Shown: piece after piece, positions 1 to 14,099 of the stretch
Layout: the number at the start of each line of letters is the position of its first letter
Numbering within the stretch: the first letter of the stretch is position 1
Assembly: GCA_036172245.1 (NCBI GenBank)
Contig: JAYWIR010000041.1
Coordinates: 1-64,000, forward strand
Source of the DNA: Raillietiella orientalis
Taxonomy: Eukaryota
Length of the DNA: 64,000 bases
Direction: 5' to 3'
The notes under the pieces: model-generated
What the model was told of the DNA's origin: nothing
Seen by the model: the letters and a program-made list of their open reading frames with translations, nothing else
Databases searched by the model: none
Program-made: the position numbers and the translations under genes

Positions 1-2474
1 GAATAGATATTGATTACAAACTCTTACCAACATAACATGACATTTTTAGTCGAGGATTTAGCCTAAATTTTAAATGTCTAAAGAAAGTTGCCTGATAAAT
101 ATAATAAATTCCTAATAAAAACTCAGAACATTGAGTATTTTCTATTCTACCACATCCTGAGTATCAAAGAGTATTCGCATTTTAATTTCTTGGAATTAAA
201 AATAATTAAAAGTTTACCATGGATATTAATATTTTAATGATATTAATGTAATCTTGGTTTTCCAGAGAACTGAAAAATTTGGATTATTTTATTTCAACGC
301 AGATCAAGTGAAGAACTGCTGTTGCATTGCTGATTTTAATCAAGAAAAAAAGGCATGCTTCTTCAAATAATCTCTGCACACGGAAAGTTATAATTTCCTG
401 TTATAATAATGCTCATGATAAGACCATAAATGTTCTCATCACGCTCGTTATATAAATATCACTGCATTCGTGATAAAGAAAAGGTAACGTTTGACAGCTT
501 TGTCAAATGATGCATATTAGCTTGCGTGTAACTGGCTTGAGTATAATGCAAGGCAAGTTTCTTTGATCTGAACTAAAATATAAGTATCCGAAACAGGAAC
601 AAGTTCAAATAAAAAATTGCAATAGCAGAAATAACGACCGTGAAAAATGCAAATAAAGCAAATTCGCCTTCTTGATAAACAAATGCATGCCGAATGCAAC
701 TTTATGAAAATCAAAATTGAAAGCATTATTGTCATTCGATGATGTATGCATTTTCATTACTATCGAATCTTAGTAAAACCGAAGTTGTTTCATGCGAGAG
801 AAGCACCTATTAACCAAAGATTATTTGAAATGGGATCAAACCAGTAAATGAGTATATATTTTGTTTAATTCAACAACACGCTAAATGATACCTGCGATAG
901 TCAGCTCGAAGGAGGGATTGCAAAGATATGAAACTCTTTCGTGAAGACGATCAACCTTGAAACCATTTAGTTTCTATTAAAGCCATGTAGATTGATGTTG
1001 CGACTCAAAGTAGCTTTAAATGAGATTTAAATAAAATCTGAACACAGAAAAATAAAAGCAACATTGAATCTTTAGATCATTTAAAACCCTACAGACCATA
1101 AAAGTCATTTAGAAGCTATTTCCTTAAGATCTAAAGAGTAGAATAGCCGTAATACTTAATGCTCATTATTTTGTGTCACGGGAGGTTTTCAACACTACCA
1201 AAATATTCACTTTTCAGGCAGGTGATCTTATTACAAGATTCAATATAGGTTGACAGTTTTTAGACATAATCTCAATGAATCAATGTGTAAGTCAGTCTTC
1301 AAGATTAACTAACTGAAATTACACAGACATAGTCGAAATTTCCCAAAATGAGCCCATGAAATAGCATCAAAAAAATAAATTGGGCTAATGTGATATTTAA
1401 TCTTTTTCTGGAATATTTGATTAAAAGGGATTAGTTTGTGCAAAATCGTTGCACAACTGTTCTGTTTCGTTGGCAGACTTCTTCTATTTCAAAATAATTA
1501 CCTAAAATAGCTTCTTGAAAGCAGTCCACAACTGATATGTCTACAGTAATAAAATATATTAAAGGAAATAAGAACAGAAAGTTGTTAGAGGACTATACTC
1601 TCGTGGAAATCAGAAGTAACAACCCAACTATAAATACTCATTGCACAATTTAGGAGAAAATAGCATGCTACCCGTAGATTTTTAAGTAGCTATGGTAAAT
1701 ACAAACCAGTCACGACATCTGATAATAAATTGTCATATCAGTCAAAAGCAGCTAGTCGAAAAGGATCAAGCAAAAATCAGTAAAAGCAAAGCAATCCATT
1801 TTTTCCTCATTCAGAAAAGTAAGACTTGATTGCACTTTAACAGACTTTGAGGCTATAAGAACGAGAACCGCCTGGTTTACCTGCAAGAAAACATCAAAGC
1901 AGGCACAAGGAAAGCAAACTATTCTTAAAATAGAAAGCAAAAGTCGAGCAAAGTGCCTTTCAGCAATATTTCAGATTAAGGAGCTTGGTTTCTTATGCAT
2001 CGCATTAAAACATTTTTCAGACTTCATTGTGTGAAATGTCTCTTTCTTTTTGCTTAAGGCAAATAATGAAAAAATGCTTTTCTTGGCAGCTATAATTGCC
2101 AAGAATTAGTGTACTGTCAAATAATTTTATATTGCATTCAAGTTTTTCAGGATGGGGCAGAGTTTTTAAGGAGATTTGAAGGCTATTCTCGATTCTCAAG
2201 TTTTTCCTCGTAGATTCAAGTTTTTCTTTATCTATGTCTTTCGTAAAAGGAAGGGTGGGCAGTAACCCGTTAAGCGAGTAATTTTTTTTCCAAAGTCTAT
2301 CTGTGGGATCGTAATCAGAATTGGCGAAAACGAATATATACGTCAAACGCGCAGCAAATGTGTATGTTGTAAGTTTCAATGAGAAAAAAGAAAAAGAATG
2401 TTTACAAAAATTTCGCTATTGTACAGAAAATAAGAGACTTCATACATAAGAAAAATGAAAAACTCATAAGAAAT

Positions 2475-3480
2475 TCAATCTGATTTTGCAGTATGATATT
2501 TTTCAAAGCAAGATACGACACAAAGTGGCACCTCACAGGTTAAGCACCAACATCGTGTTTCCTTACGAATGCCATTGTTTGAACACCACACGATACATCC
2601 TCGCGATGCACTCCTTTTCGATGGTGTGGACGATATAAAATTTGGAAAGTGTTTTCCAATGAGACGTGGGCTTGGCAGTCACAGTTGGTCGACCAGCTGC
2701 AACAGTTTCCCGAGTTGAAGATTCCTCAATAATTTCTTCAATACATTCGAGCAAAAAATTCAATCGTCTTCATTTTTCACTGTTTTTTTCATACAACAAA
2801 TAGGAATTCAAGCACATGACGTCTAAAAGATGCAGAAATATCTTCCTGTAATACTTCTTCAACCTCTTTCTTGCCAGCGTATATGCTGCAATGGTACAAT
2901 CGCCTCTGTCCCTTCCACCCATTCTTTTCCCATGGTCAGAAACCACTTGGAGCTTTATTTTTACAGCACCTCGTTTCTCTGCTTCCATCATGTTGGCGCC
3001 ATGTATTGTACAGTACATCCCTTTTGTACCACCACTTCAACATTATTTTGCTGTTGCATCTTGCAATGCACTGAACCTTTTTTTAGAGAAGTTGTTTTCA
3101 TATCTTCCGGAATGCTGAATCTCTGCTGTCTCATCGTACCAATAATGTCTGTCTTACAAGTACATAGTTTCTGTGAGAGTTCTACACTTGTGTACCAGTT
3201 ATCCAAATGGAATTTGTACCCGTGGCCTAATGGGTCGCGAGAAAGTTCAAGAACGATGCGACTCGCGGCCTTATATTGAGGATGATTTTGACCATATTCT
3301 GTATTTTTGCCAATTATTGTTTTCCTCAATCAGAGCTTCGATTAACCCCGTATGTAATCTTGTTTGGTCTTCATACATCATTTCAAAAATTTGTTTTGAT
3401 AAAAAATGAATAAGGTCATTGCACCTTGCAGCCCTAATCAAAATATAAGTTAAATATACATTTAAATGAGATTGTTTCAA
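2475..3480 (-). mobile_element. Decayed piggyBac (PGBD4-like) transposase, C-terminal half
   Basis: Frameshifted minus-strand ORFs give SRIVLELSRDPLGHGYKFHLDNWYTSVEL...IIGTMR (catalytic DNWYTS motif), MGGRDRGD...RKRLKKYYRKIFLHLLDVMCLNSYLLY, and a terminal Cys-rich domain ETRCWCLTCEVPLCVVSCFEKYHT* ending at 2475. No TIRs found. Confidence 0.9.
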
Positions 3481-4779
3481 CTTTCCACTAAAATTTCGTG
3501 TTTTGATAGCAAAGGGTAATTTTGTTTTTCACAAGGCATATATATGTGTCAAACTCGCTTAACAGGTCGACAAAAGTAATGTTTGAAGCTCTTCCATAAT
3601 CAATTTAAATTTAGAGATATCCACTTCCATGGAATAATTTTCATTAAAAGCAAGTTCATGACATTCCTGTAGTTTCACTTTTATTTGATTTGTGTATTCT
3701 GTTCACCGTATCTCAATGATCTCCACTTATCAACTCCGAAAGATTATCTTTATTCATCCTTTTAACTATTCGCTTTAATTATCTTCGATCTGATCTAACA
3801 ACGTTGTTTAAAGATCAATTTTATTTTAAAGCAACCTATGAACTAGAATTTAAAAAGGAACCTTCTCCACAATTATTCAGCATTCACATTATCCACTGAA
3901 TAATTTATCACTTCATCTCACATATGAGGATAGCAAACTTAAAGAGTGATTTCTAATGGAAATCGTATTCAAAACAAGGTGCATCTTCAGGAAATTTAGC
4001 GCAATTAATTCTTGTTCTTCTTCTTTTTGCTACTGTTATTATTGTTATTATAAATTTAAATTGAATTTGAAAGGGTCGAATTTTCGATGTTAAAATCTAT
4101 ATTACAATCAGCTTGATTACATTTCAAAATCATAGCGTGAACAAAGGCACAATAAATTAAGAAAAATTCAGCTTCCTTGACTATACTTCGTAAACAGCAG
4201 TGTTTTCGAAATGTCTCTAATTAAAATGCTTTTAATTAAACCAATATATCGGATAATAGGAGACTTACTCCCATAACTTATCGTAAACTTTTTCACCCAG
4301 AAACAGGAACAGAACTAAGAGAATCTTAAATTCTTCCTTCCAAGATTAAACTACTATTTCACATATTCCAAAATATTTTTATTTTTGAATGACCACACGT
4401 ATTTGTGAGAGTAAAAATTATCCATAAAAACAAAATTATAAACTGTTAAAGTTAAAAAGGTGTTTCTGTTCATTCTTAAAAGTGCATTCATACTTACAGG
4501 TTCTTCAAAGATACAATCAGAATTGACTGTAGTGTTTCTTTTTTTTATTGCTCAGTATTTGACTGCGGGAATTTAATCTTTCCACAGAGATGTCACCGTA
4601 CACAAATTCGTTTTAAGTGTGAATTATTCCCTAATGGAATCTTTCACTGATAAATTCACTCAGGCAAAAAGGCATCTTTGTTGCCGGCAATCTCTCTATA
4701 GTAAAGATCTTCGTCATAACCTGAGCACTTCATTCTCTTGAACCACATGTTGTGCCTTCAGTCCTTGCAGTTAGTTCGT

Positions 4780-5960
4780 TAGAGCCTCGCTATTATGTAC
4801 CCAATAAGTCGTAAACATTGACTCTGTGAGAAGCTTGTTGTCTGGGTCATTTGCATGGGTTCTGGACCAGCCACAAGAAGTCCAGATTCTCGTACACCTT
4901 CTTTCGTTATGAGTGTGCACACCTGCCTCCACATGTCCGTAAGGCAAAAGTCTGGCAGTTCTTTTCCAGAAGATCCAATACTGCTATAATTTTCGCAGAA
5001 TTCCTGGATTGACTGCTGCAAAGCCAGTGGATCACTAGCTGAAACGACTTCTTAGCATGTAAACTGTCGTTTAATGTTTTGGTGCATTCTCTTTACAAAT
5101 GATGTCTTATTTGGTTGAAAAAACATCTCTGCTGCTGGAGTGCAGGTGTTTGGAACTAGTCAAGTCTGATGGTGTGCTGGAGCACTGCCCAATAGGAACA
5201 ATGTTCTGGGTTCTAAATTGTTTTTGTGCTCGCTAAATGCACAGCAATGATTTATTAACCATATTTGCATTGCAAAAATGAACAACAAATCACTCACTGA
5301 AAAGATTCATTCCTATTAAGGCGATCCTGTTCAATTTCCATATTAATGATAAAATAAATTTGAGGTAGCCCTTCATGTCTCGACTCACTTCAAAATGGCA
5401 AACCAGCATCGGCTTAAGTCTCATGACTTCCCTTGGATTCCCACTTATTTACACGATGAAACGGCTCCAGGCCCTCTAGAGATTAAATCCTAGTGTTCTT
5501 TTCTCATCTGAGGAAAAGAAAAGTGAATTTAATTCCAAACTAGACTGTTTTATCCATGTTGGAGTAAAAATTAGGACTGCCTTCAGTTGCTCACGAAATT
5601 CCAATGCTGGCTTAGATGCTACCCAGCGTGATGTAAATAGGTCAAGGGGGTCATTTTCATGAGCCTTTATATGGTTTACTGGGATTTTTGCGCTTTACTG
5701 TATTGCCAGGAGGTCGATTGGGATATGACATTGACTTATGTAATCCATGCAGTGAGTGATATTTTCTCCATCTGTTCAATAAGTAATGCATGAAGTTGCT
5801 TACAGGCAGTTAAGTTACTTCCGGTTTGCATCTTAGTTTTCTTTGATTGGCTTAAAGTTGTGTCCATTTCTAAAGTTTGTTCCACTTCAATTTCCTTTTC
5901 CACCGCATCTAACCTATTCCTGATCTCCATTTTACAAATGCAATAAATTTTCTGGAACAC
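4780..5960 (-). mobile_element. Decayed Tigger/pogo (Tc1-mariner superfamily) DDE transposase
   Basis: Manual translation across frameshifts gives, in the expected order: CENP-B-like HTH (MEIRNRLDAVEKEIEV; LLIEQMEK..LTAWI), YSNMDKT (cf. FNMDETGL), LRLKPMLVCHFEVSRDMKG (cf. KLKPLLIYHSENPRALKG), TLFLLGSAPAH (cf. LLLLDNAPAH) and FQPNKTS (cf. LPPNTTS). Confidence 0.7.
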
Positions 5961-6012
5961 GTTAGCGAGGCCGCAACGCGCCCCTCAAAGTAGTTGTAGA
6001 TTTCAGGCATCT

Positions 6013-6720
6013 TTTTTTTTTTTTTTAAAGAGAGAAAATGGGCTCGCCCAAACGCCACGAACGCTTTGAATGCTGAGAACTCACTTAAGGATTCTTCATC
6101 ACTGAGAAGCGCCCCGGGTTACGGCAACCATTTTCAATTCCCTGTTCAAGAACAGACTAATAACACTCATGTAATCTTTTGGCTGGAAACGTTCTTCTGT
6201 TCGTTTTTTTCTGCTTTCTTCTGATCCGATTCTAGAAATCCTTTAGATTTTGTTAACTTTTTAATGATTAGATCTGAAGTCTTGTCCTTTTTTGAGTGGT
6301 AGGCCATTATTCCATATAACTCATCGTGACAATCTGCATAAAATGCCTTTTATCTTGCTGCGTTATAGCGGCGCCTAGAACGCTAATTTCTTCTTGGCGC
6401 CAATGTGGGATTACTGTTGGAACCTTCGTCGAATTCCATCTTGTGTGTTCTTCATTAGGCCTTTATCTGTTCAGCTATACTATAACCTTCTTTTCATTCT
6501 TCAAATCTTTCAAAGTGTTTTGGTTCTCATTGCACAAAATTTCCCTTTTCTTGGAACTCTGGACAAAGCTACCGTTTTTCTTTCGTACGTCATTCGGCTT
6601 CCACAAAGAGATGCATTTCACCCAGTTTTATTGATATTTCAAATGCTATTTCTTCTTAGCACTCATTTGAATTCTGGAGCCGTCGTCTTTTGATTTCCAT
6701 TGGTACCATCCTCTCACTAG
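6013..6720 (-). mobile_element. Possible 3' fragment of a non-LTR retrotransposon with poly(A) tail
   Basis: The minus strand ends in an A-run (T-run at about 6013-6026 on +). Upstream, the stop-riddled translation EEHTRWNSTKVPTVIPHW weakly resembles the zf-RVT E..H.FW.C..V...W pattern. Confidence 0.3.
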
Positions 6721-9054
6721 GTTTGGTCCATAGACATAGGTAGACATAGGTTTCTTCATTGGTTCTTCTTCCTATTTCTGTCCACTAATTATACTTGTTA
6801 TTCGCAGTTCTTGATAACTCGGAGATAAACAGATCATACACTCTGATAAACCGGAACACTGCGGTGATGTTTTGGGAAACAGGAAGTCGCACTGCATCAG
6901 TGTGCAAGTTATAATTGGGTAGAGTCATGTCCGGAGGCATCGCTACAGAAAAGCCAGGTTCTCAGCAAACTCGTAAATGTAATGTAATGTTTTTCCCATC
7001 AGAAGGTTCCTTAAGTATCTTCAAAATAATATATCTTACTCTGATATAAACTCTGTTTCTTTTGCTATTTTTCGTGTATCTCATAAATATTCATCCTTAT
7101 CTTTTTCTTTAAATTACACTTGCAACGTCTGTTTTTTCTTTTTACGTAAAATACTGGAAACAATAAGTACACAGTCTTTTTTCGTACTGTTTCTTATCAT
7201 GTTTAAGCTTTAGTGCGAAGATCCCTGAATGAGTACTCTTTTTAGATAGGTTATATTTAAGTCTGCAATTTTAGAATCAAGATACATTACATCAGCATCT
7301 CAATCATTTGAGATACCCTCAATCCCTTGACAATTTAGTTTTAAACGACTTTATTTCCACAATACGAAAATATCCAGTACATGTTGCGTTTTTGGCTTAC
7401 AGATTTCGATGAATGCCAGATGATCTTGTACAACTTCCAATTGCAGTTTTTTCTTTGTATTTCTTCGTTTCGTAGCTGTTGATGTTTGGGTTTGAACTGA
7501 ATATGATAATGCATGCATCTCGCTCAACATAGCCAATGATTTTATGTTATCATTGGCACTTAGCTATACACGAGGCCGAAAAGAGTTCAAAAAAAATGAT
7601 TTATCATTTTGGCGTTTCGTAAATGGCATTCTAACCGATGCTTTATTCTTAAACGTTTCATTTTATAGATCTTAATAAAATAAATACGATGCTTCTAAAG
7701 TGCATAGCATACTCTTGGTAATAATGCAGTACTTCAAGTAATTCTACAAGCATACCTGTTTTTTGCCTTATCTGCAAAAGGAAATAAGTTTCCCATTGCA
7801 TGTTCGGTCAGAGTCTGTCTGTAGAATTCAGGGCGGAGGAATTTAAATTTTGATTACAATGGGCATATTAAGCATATCGAAAGTCTTCGAATTTAGTGCC
7901 TCATGAAAATCTATGTAATTCATCAGCGTGCATATCGTAAAAGCATGCTTGCCAAGTGCTTCGAAAGCAGTTTGCATGGAATGCAAAGCATTGCTTAGCA
8001 TGTCAAAACTTGTTCTTTTGCGTTTCCCAAAGCAAGTTTGTATTCTTACATGCTTGAATTAGGATCCGTAAAGTGAACCAAAAAAAAAACTCTCTTTAGG
8101 AACGAAATCAAGACAGTTTCAGCATATCAGTAAATGCTGCTAAAATCAGTAGTACGAAAATGCGTAAAAACTATTTTTGGTAGAAAAAAAAATGAAAAAC
8201 TCTAGGAGCATCCGAAAAATCAGTGCAATTTTGTAGACAACCAAGATATCTGCATGTTAGAAGAGAACGTATCAGCTCTTGAAATCAGTCTTTAAGACAT
8301 GCTTTATTTTACCAAGGTCGATGATTCTTGCTATTCTCTTAATTTAAGTTAGGTATTTCAATCATTTTACAATTGTCCTCTTCAATGCTAGGGAACGATT
8401 CGTGTCAGCTTTGTTATACCGCAATCCCATTTTTCGTGATTGTATAATGAATGCTTTAAACTGAGAGATCTCAAAGATTTGTTTGTTATTTGAATCAATC
8501 GGCAAGAACGCAAAAACGTAAACAAGAGTGCAAGAAATCTGCCAACGTCGAAATACTTTGGTGTGAACGCGTTGTATGAGGGAGGAATCTTGCATTCGCC
8601 ATTTGTAAAAGTTTTGTGGCTTTGCCGTGTGATTAAAGCACATGCCAGAAATTGGATGCATGAATTCACCGTCTGCAGCGTTAATTTTGTTTGCATTACA
8701 TGTCTAAATTAAGGCAGTGTTTAAAGTTCAGTTTACTGTTGTGTGATGGCGATAGGTATTGTGCATTTTCGCGCATTGGGGATGTGCTAAATATTCAAAA
8801 CCTTTGTACCTCTATGTTTTTTTACCCCAAAAGTAGAACTAGAGTACTGACCAAAGTATGCAATAATTTCAGTTAGTATCCTTAGCAAACCTGGTATCAT
8901 AATCCATAATATTTACTGTATTAAGAAAGGTAACAGCAGTAATATTTTCTATGTATTGAAGGCACATATAAAATATTGCAAATTTAACAACAACAGAACG
9001 TTGTTTATTTGATGAAATCTCAGGTTATACTATAGTGTCCCAGGAACTGGCAGT

Positions 9055-10203
9055 ATGGTTTCTCTTAAAGAAGCACCAAATGTCTTAAATAAATCTAATT
9101 TCTCTGGAATACCGGAAGCAGCGTTTGTGGTCAGTATATTGGAAGCTAGTGTTGATTTTTAATGAGACTAATGAATGTGAAGCTTCTGTTGAAAATGCCA
9201 TTTTTCAAGTTAAAGTGATCGGTTTATTTTAAATAGAAGATTTTAAATTAAATAAATTTTAAAGACAAAAGTGTAATATTCTTCTGTTTAAGAGTAATTT
9301 CTGTTTCCGTTAATTTGTTCTGTTAGAGTAATTCTTATTTCAATCAATGTGTTTATCAGAAGTACTCATAATGGTTAACTCTGGATCATAATTTATTTGA
9401 CCAGGAAAAATTATTAAAATTTAAATTACGTTATTTGATATATATTGGCTCTTGGACAAGATTGATTTGGGTATTTCTGTGACCTTCTAGCATGATATTG
9501 ATAATTTTATGAAAAGAGGGGACCATTATGAAAGTGTTGAAACTGTTTTAAGGAATTTGGAGGAACAGCACAGTAAATATAGATTCATGCAAATAAATCT
9601 TTTGACAAAGGCAAATCGGTAGGTGAAAATTGATCTAGAATGTTGGATTCATAAGCATTTTAGTTTGAAATCTCAGATTCCTCTTTTGAAAAACTCCTTA
9701 AAATTAGTACAGCAGTTGTCTCAAAAACGGAAGAACAAGCAAACTTCAAATCTCCATTTTTTGTTATCTGATCAAGTTTATGCAAAAGCAGTTGTACCAC
9801 CTACAGATAAAGTTTATCTTTGGCTTGGTGTAAGTACTTTTGGCATGTTAAGTTAAATGATCATGGGAGTAGTTGATAGAAAAGGGAAATAAATTCCTTT
9901 CTTTATGATCGGAACTATTTGTTTAGAATGATTAATTTTATTTTTTGAACATTTATTGTACTTGCTATACCAAGGCTAATGTGATGTTAGAATATGAACT
10001 AGAAGATGCAGAAGATTTGCTACAACAAAATTTGAATTCAGCTACCAAGAATATGCAACAGATTGATCATGATTTGGATTTCTTAAGGTTGGGATTGTAA
10101 AGCTTTCAGTAAGATTGCCTTTCTCAGAGATCAGTGCACAACAACTGAAGTTAACATGGCCAGAATCCACAATTGGGATGTGAGGAAGCGTCAAGAAAAA
10201 TAA
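9055..10203 (+). CDS. VBP1: Prefoldin subunit 3 (VHL-binding protein 1), 185 aa, 5 exons
   Basis: Exons 9055-9129, 9491-9618, 9664-9829, 9975-10087, 10128-10203; all introns GT-AG with consistent frame. Protein contains GIPEAAFV, YRFMQINL, FLLSDQVYAKAVVPPTDKVYLWLGANVMLEY and [27 protein letters not shown], matching PFDN3/VBP1 family motifs. Confidence 0.96.
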
Positions 10204-10724
10204 ATAAGCATTTCCTTCTAGTATTCCTATTCAATTAGGAACATGTCAATCAGGAAGAACATCGTAAATTTATCGCTATTCTTTTTCTATGATGTCCACA
10301 CTTGCTTATATTATGCTTCTATTACTGGAAGTCCAATTAGGGCTGTTAATGTATTTTTTTAACAACACCTTCAGAAATAAATCATCCTTCATGCAGCTGT
10401 GCTGTGCAATAATCACTATTCCACTATTATCATAAGTGTTTGTTGCATCAAATTTACCTGTTGGAGTAGATGTATGAAACTGTATCTGTTATGCTGTACA
10501 TCCTTTTCGGTGAAAAAGAAATGAGTTGATCTAGTGAATTTCTTCAATGCAAAAAAAAAAAAATAGGATGTGCAAATACAACCAGAAGGCAAATTTGATA
10601 AATAATAGGCCAATTTCCTAGACAAAATTCCCATACAGCTGTATAATCAGTCAAACGTGCGTTTTGTGGAAAGCAAAAATGTAACGAATCCTACATCAGT
10701 TAATGACTGCATAAGTGTGTGTCA

Positions 10725-10972
10725 TGTTTAAAAAAAATACGGAGGTAAGAAATATTTGGATGCTTTCTCGGCTTTTGAGCATATTTTTGCATATGTGCGT
10801 AAAAGTGCAAATTTCAGAGTTTCGGGCATTGGAGGCTCACTTTCCAGCACAATTCCCATGTGAGGTTGATGGGATCTGAAGCATAAACGAGGTGTTTCTG
10901 ATTTATAAATCTAAGCTGTACTTTAATTAACAGTTGATTCCACAAGTATTTCTTGTCCGTTTTTTTGAAATG
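10725..10972. mobile_element. Degenerate MITE-like element (imperfect ~30-bp terminal inverted repeats)
   Basis: Left TTTAAAAAAAATACGGAGGTAAGAAATATTTGG versus reverse complement of right end TTTCAAAAAAACGGACAAGAAATACTTGTGG. No TSD resolved. Confidence 0.35.
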
Positions 10973-13510
10973 AGTTAATGCAGGAAAAGGTAATTTTCAG
11001 TTCCCTGCAACCTGTGGATATCGTTTTTGGTTTTAAAAGAAATGAATGTCGATTCAGTTCGTTAGCATGATGATCTCAAAATCCATTGTGATAAAACTCA
11101 GAAACAAATCACAAAAAAAAAAAAAAATGCAAATTAGGAGTGACATTTCATATTCCATTTGGGTGGTACAGTTTCGTATACAAGATTATATTTCGTATAA
11201 ATTTATTTTCCAGCTTTCATGATTTCAGTCTGCACTTAAATATTGTTATCCGGGTTGCATTTGTGCAGATTGGCAGAAGAGTTTACGAGACAGGAATTTT
11301 AAATTGTAAAATGTAACCAGAGCTTGGAGCATTTGAATCACAGGATAGAAGACGAGCGATCGTGGATTGTTATGGTTACCTCCAGAGTGGAATTCTTTTC
11401 ACATCTTTGCAATCCCTAAAGTAGTTGGACTGCAGTTTGTCATAATTGCAAAAAAAAAAAAAAATGACAGACCAAGTGATATTTTCTGTATATTTGGTTT
11501 GCATGTTTTTTTTTTTTTTTTCCTGTGTAAAGAATTCGAATTCAAGACAGAGTCTTCCTTCTTCATGAAGTTAAAAAGCAAAATATAAAAAGCATTCTTA
11601 AACTCAGAATCTTATTTGCTAAGATCAAGCGTTAACATGAAGTGTGAATAAGCTATCGAAAAGATTGCAAATAAAACTTCTTTATCGCTTAGGCATCTAA
11701 CGACAGCAGCATATAGCTGTGAGTCAGTAGTGGTCTTAAGACAAGGAATACGGGTCATGAATATATGTAACGATGGGCGAATACCAAATGAGTAAATGAT
11801 GCTACAGTATTATTTACACTAACATATTTTAAAACCAGAGAAGTATATATTAGAAGTGCTTGTTATTATACTCACGAGACAATGTGAAAGGCATTTATTT
11901 GGCGTTGTGCAACGAGAAGGTGGATTTCGATCGTATGCAAGCGACGATCCCGTGCACTAGCGGGTTTACCATACACATGGATAACGAAGCGTGCATTGAC
12001 GCGCTAGCTGGAAAGTGGATTAATCTCAATGGATGTGTGCTACGAGGAATAGGAGGATCATCAACCACTACGGTGTTTTCACACCACAAAGCAGGCGGTC
12101 TGAGACTACCTTCACCAGTACGGACAAGTGAAGTATGTGGGATTTCAAAATCACATGGACAAGGTCTTCTCAAAGGAAGGAGTCGCTAGAATGGAGCTGG
12201 ATGAAGATTTCAAGATCCCGGGAATGGTGAACATCGGTGCTCACTCTCAAGAGGTACTCCTAAAGTGCAAGCAACAGCCAATTTTCTGCATAGGGTGCAT
12301 TTTTCGGCAACAGGATTGGTGCTTGCCCAAGAGCCAGGTATTTTAGATGTGGTCACTCTATAAGGTTGCCATAGCCACTTTATTAGATTGAGCACGCAAC
12401 CGCAGATGTGCTACTCCTGCAGGCTGTCGGGGCCTGCGAAGAGGGGATGCGGGAGATACGCCAACTGGCGTGAAATGCAGGGGCTATCCCCCTTTTCTGA
12501 AAGGTCACAGAAAAAAAAAAGCAATATAAGGTCCTAACAGAAGAAACTGCACCATCTCGGCAGAATTTAAGGAAGTGAAAGAAAGATGGGAAAGAGAGAG
12601 AGATGAAAGAGGAAATACAGCAGCTCTCCAAGGTAGTGGTCGAAAGAGTCATGCCGAACGAGGAACTGATGCAAACCCAAAGGTATGTGGTAGAAACAGA
12701 GCAGCTGAAGGAGGCCGTGCGACCAGAAATGAGAAAGGAAGAGCAGGAATGAACGATGTTCTGCGCCTGCTCTGCGAACTCCAGGAAGCCATCAACCAGT
12801 ACATCTTTCGTGACGAACAAGCGTCAAGATGGGGAATATGCTGCTCGGCAAAAAAAAACAAAATACGAAGAGACAGTGAGCACTCCATCGCTTTCCAGCC
12901 GAGAGACGATCAGGAAGGAAAAATCACCGATCCTGTGGCTGACAGCATGGACTACGTGAAGTGTGAAAGCGATATGGGAGTACAAAGCGCTTTATCCAGG
13001 AGACAACAACAGTCTCCGAAGCAGAAGCGCAAGAAGGCCAGATTTTGTTAGTCCGATGGCCTCCTTCCTGTCATCCTCCAGGAGCATCAAAATCGCTTCC
13101 TGGGACGTTAACGGGTTGTGGAGCCAAGAGAAACGAAAGCGCATCACGAGCAGCGTGACGGCATAGTGTGTCTCCAGGAAACCCATGAGATGAGCTAGCA
13201 TGCCATTCTTGAACTAGAATGACGATTGGATGCTCAGCTGTACGCCAGTGGTGGCGAGAAGAAAACGGAGGGGTAGCGATCCTAGTGAAAAACGAGATCG
13301 CACACAGAAAAGTTTTCTCCATGGCCAGCTCGCATCGTTGGAGTTCGGATGTCCTGATCCGGAAGCGTGCGTCTCATCTTGGTGAACGTGTACCGACCTC
13401 ACCAAGGAAAGCATCGGTGTGCGGAAGCTGTACAGAGTCTTCTGCACAGCAAAGTCACATCGAAGGAGATCATCATCATACTGGGTGATCTCAGCATGCT
13501 GGATCTCAGC

Positions 13511-14099
13511 ACGGTACGTCTTCCGCGCAGTCGAAGGGAAATCGACATGCTGGAGAACAACATCGCTACAGATATCATCATCCAGTCCAAAGATGACCAA
13601 GGAAGGACGGCGTATCGCAGCTGTCCGGGGAATTCAGACTATTGTAGCTAACGGTAGCCACAATCGATCATGTCCTATACAGCATGCAAATAGGGAACCT
13701 CATCAAGACATTCTGCGACAGGCAGTTTCCGCTGTCGGATCCTTCCCTGTTGCAGTTCACCTTGAGAACAGGAAATTCTCGGAAGAACAAAGGCTCCAGG
13801 GAGGCGCTCATCTGCATTCTCGAGTGGTTCGCGACACTTAACACCAAGAAGTTATCGAGAAGATTCTGCGATGTACCACCATCCGCAGAGTCACAGACTG
13901 GAAAATTTAAAGTGCACGATCACCTACTTTGCCACCTGCAGTTCAGAGGGAAGTGGATGAAGAAGGAAGCATGTTAGGAGCTTAACATCCAAGATCGTTC
14001 CCTCTCGAAGTACTGGGAACAGTAAGAGAGACGGTACGTCTTCCGCGCAGTCGAAGGGAAATAGACATACTGGCGAAGAACAACATCGCTACAGATATC
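13511..14099 (+). repeat. Dispersed direct duplication of ~66-69 bp within LINE ORF2
   Basis: ACGGTACGTCTTCCGCGCAGTCGAAGGGAAAT.GACAT.CTGG..AGAACAACATCGCTACAGATATC at 13511-13576 and 14031-14099. Confidence 0.95.

Noticed and set aside
6050..6115. Penelope-type minimal hammerhead resemblance on the minus strand (TGATGAAGAAT...ATTCAAAGCGTT)
   Set aside because: Both catalytic boxes are mutated and there is no stem I.
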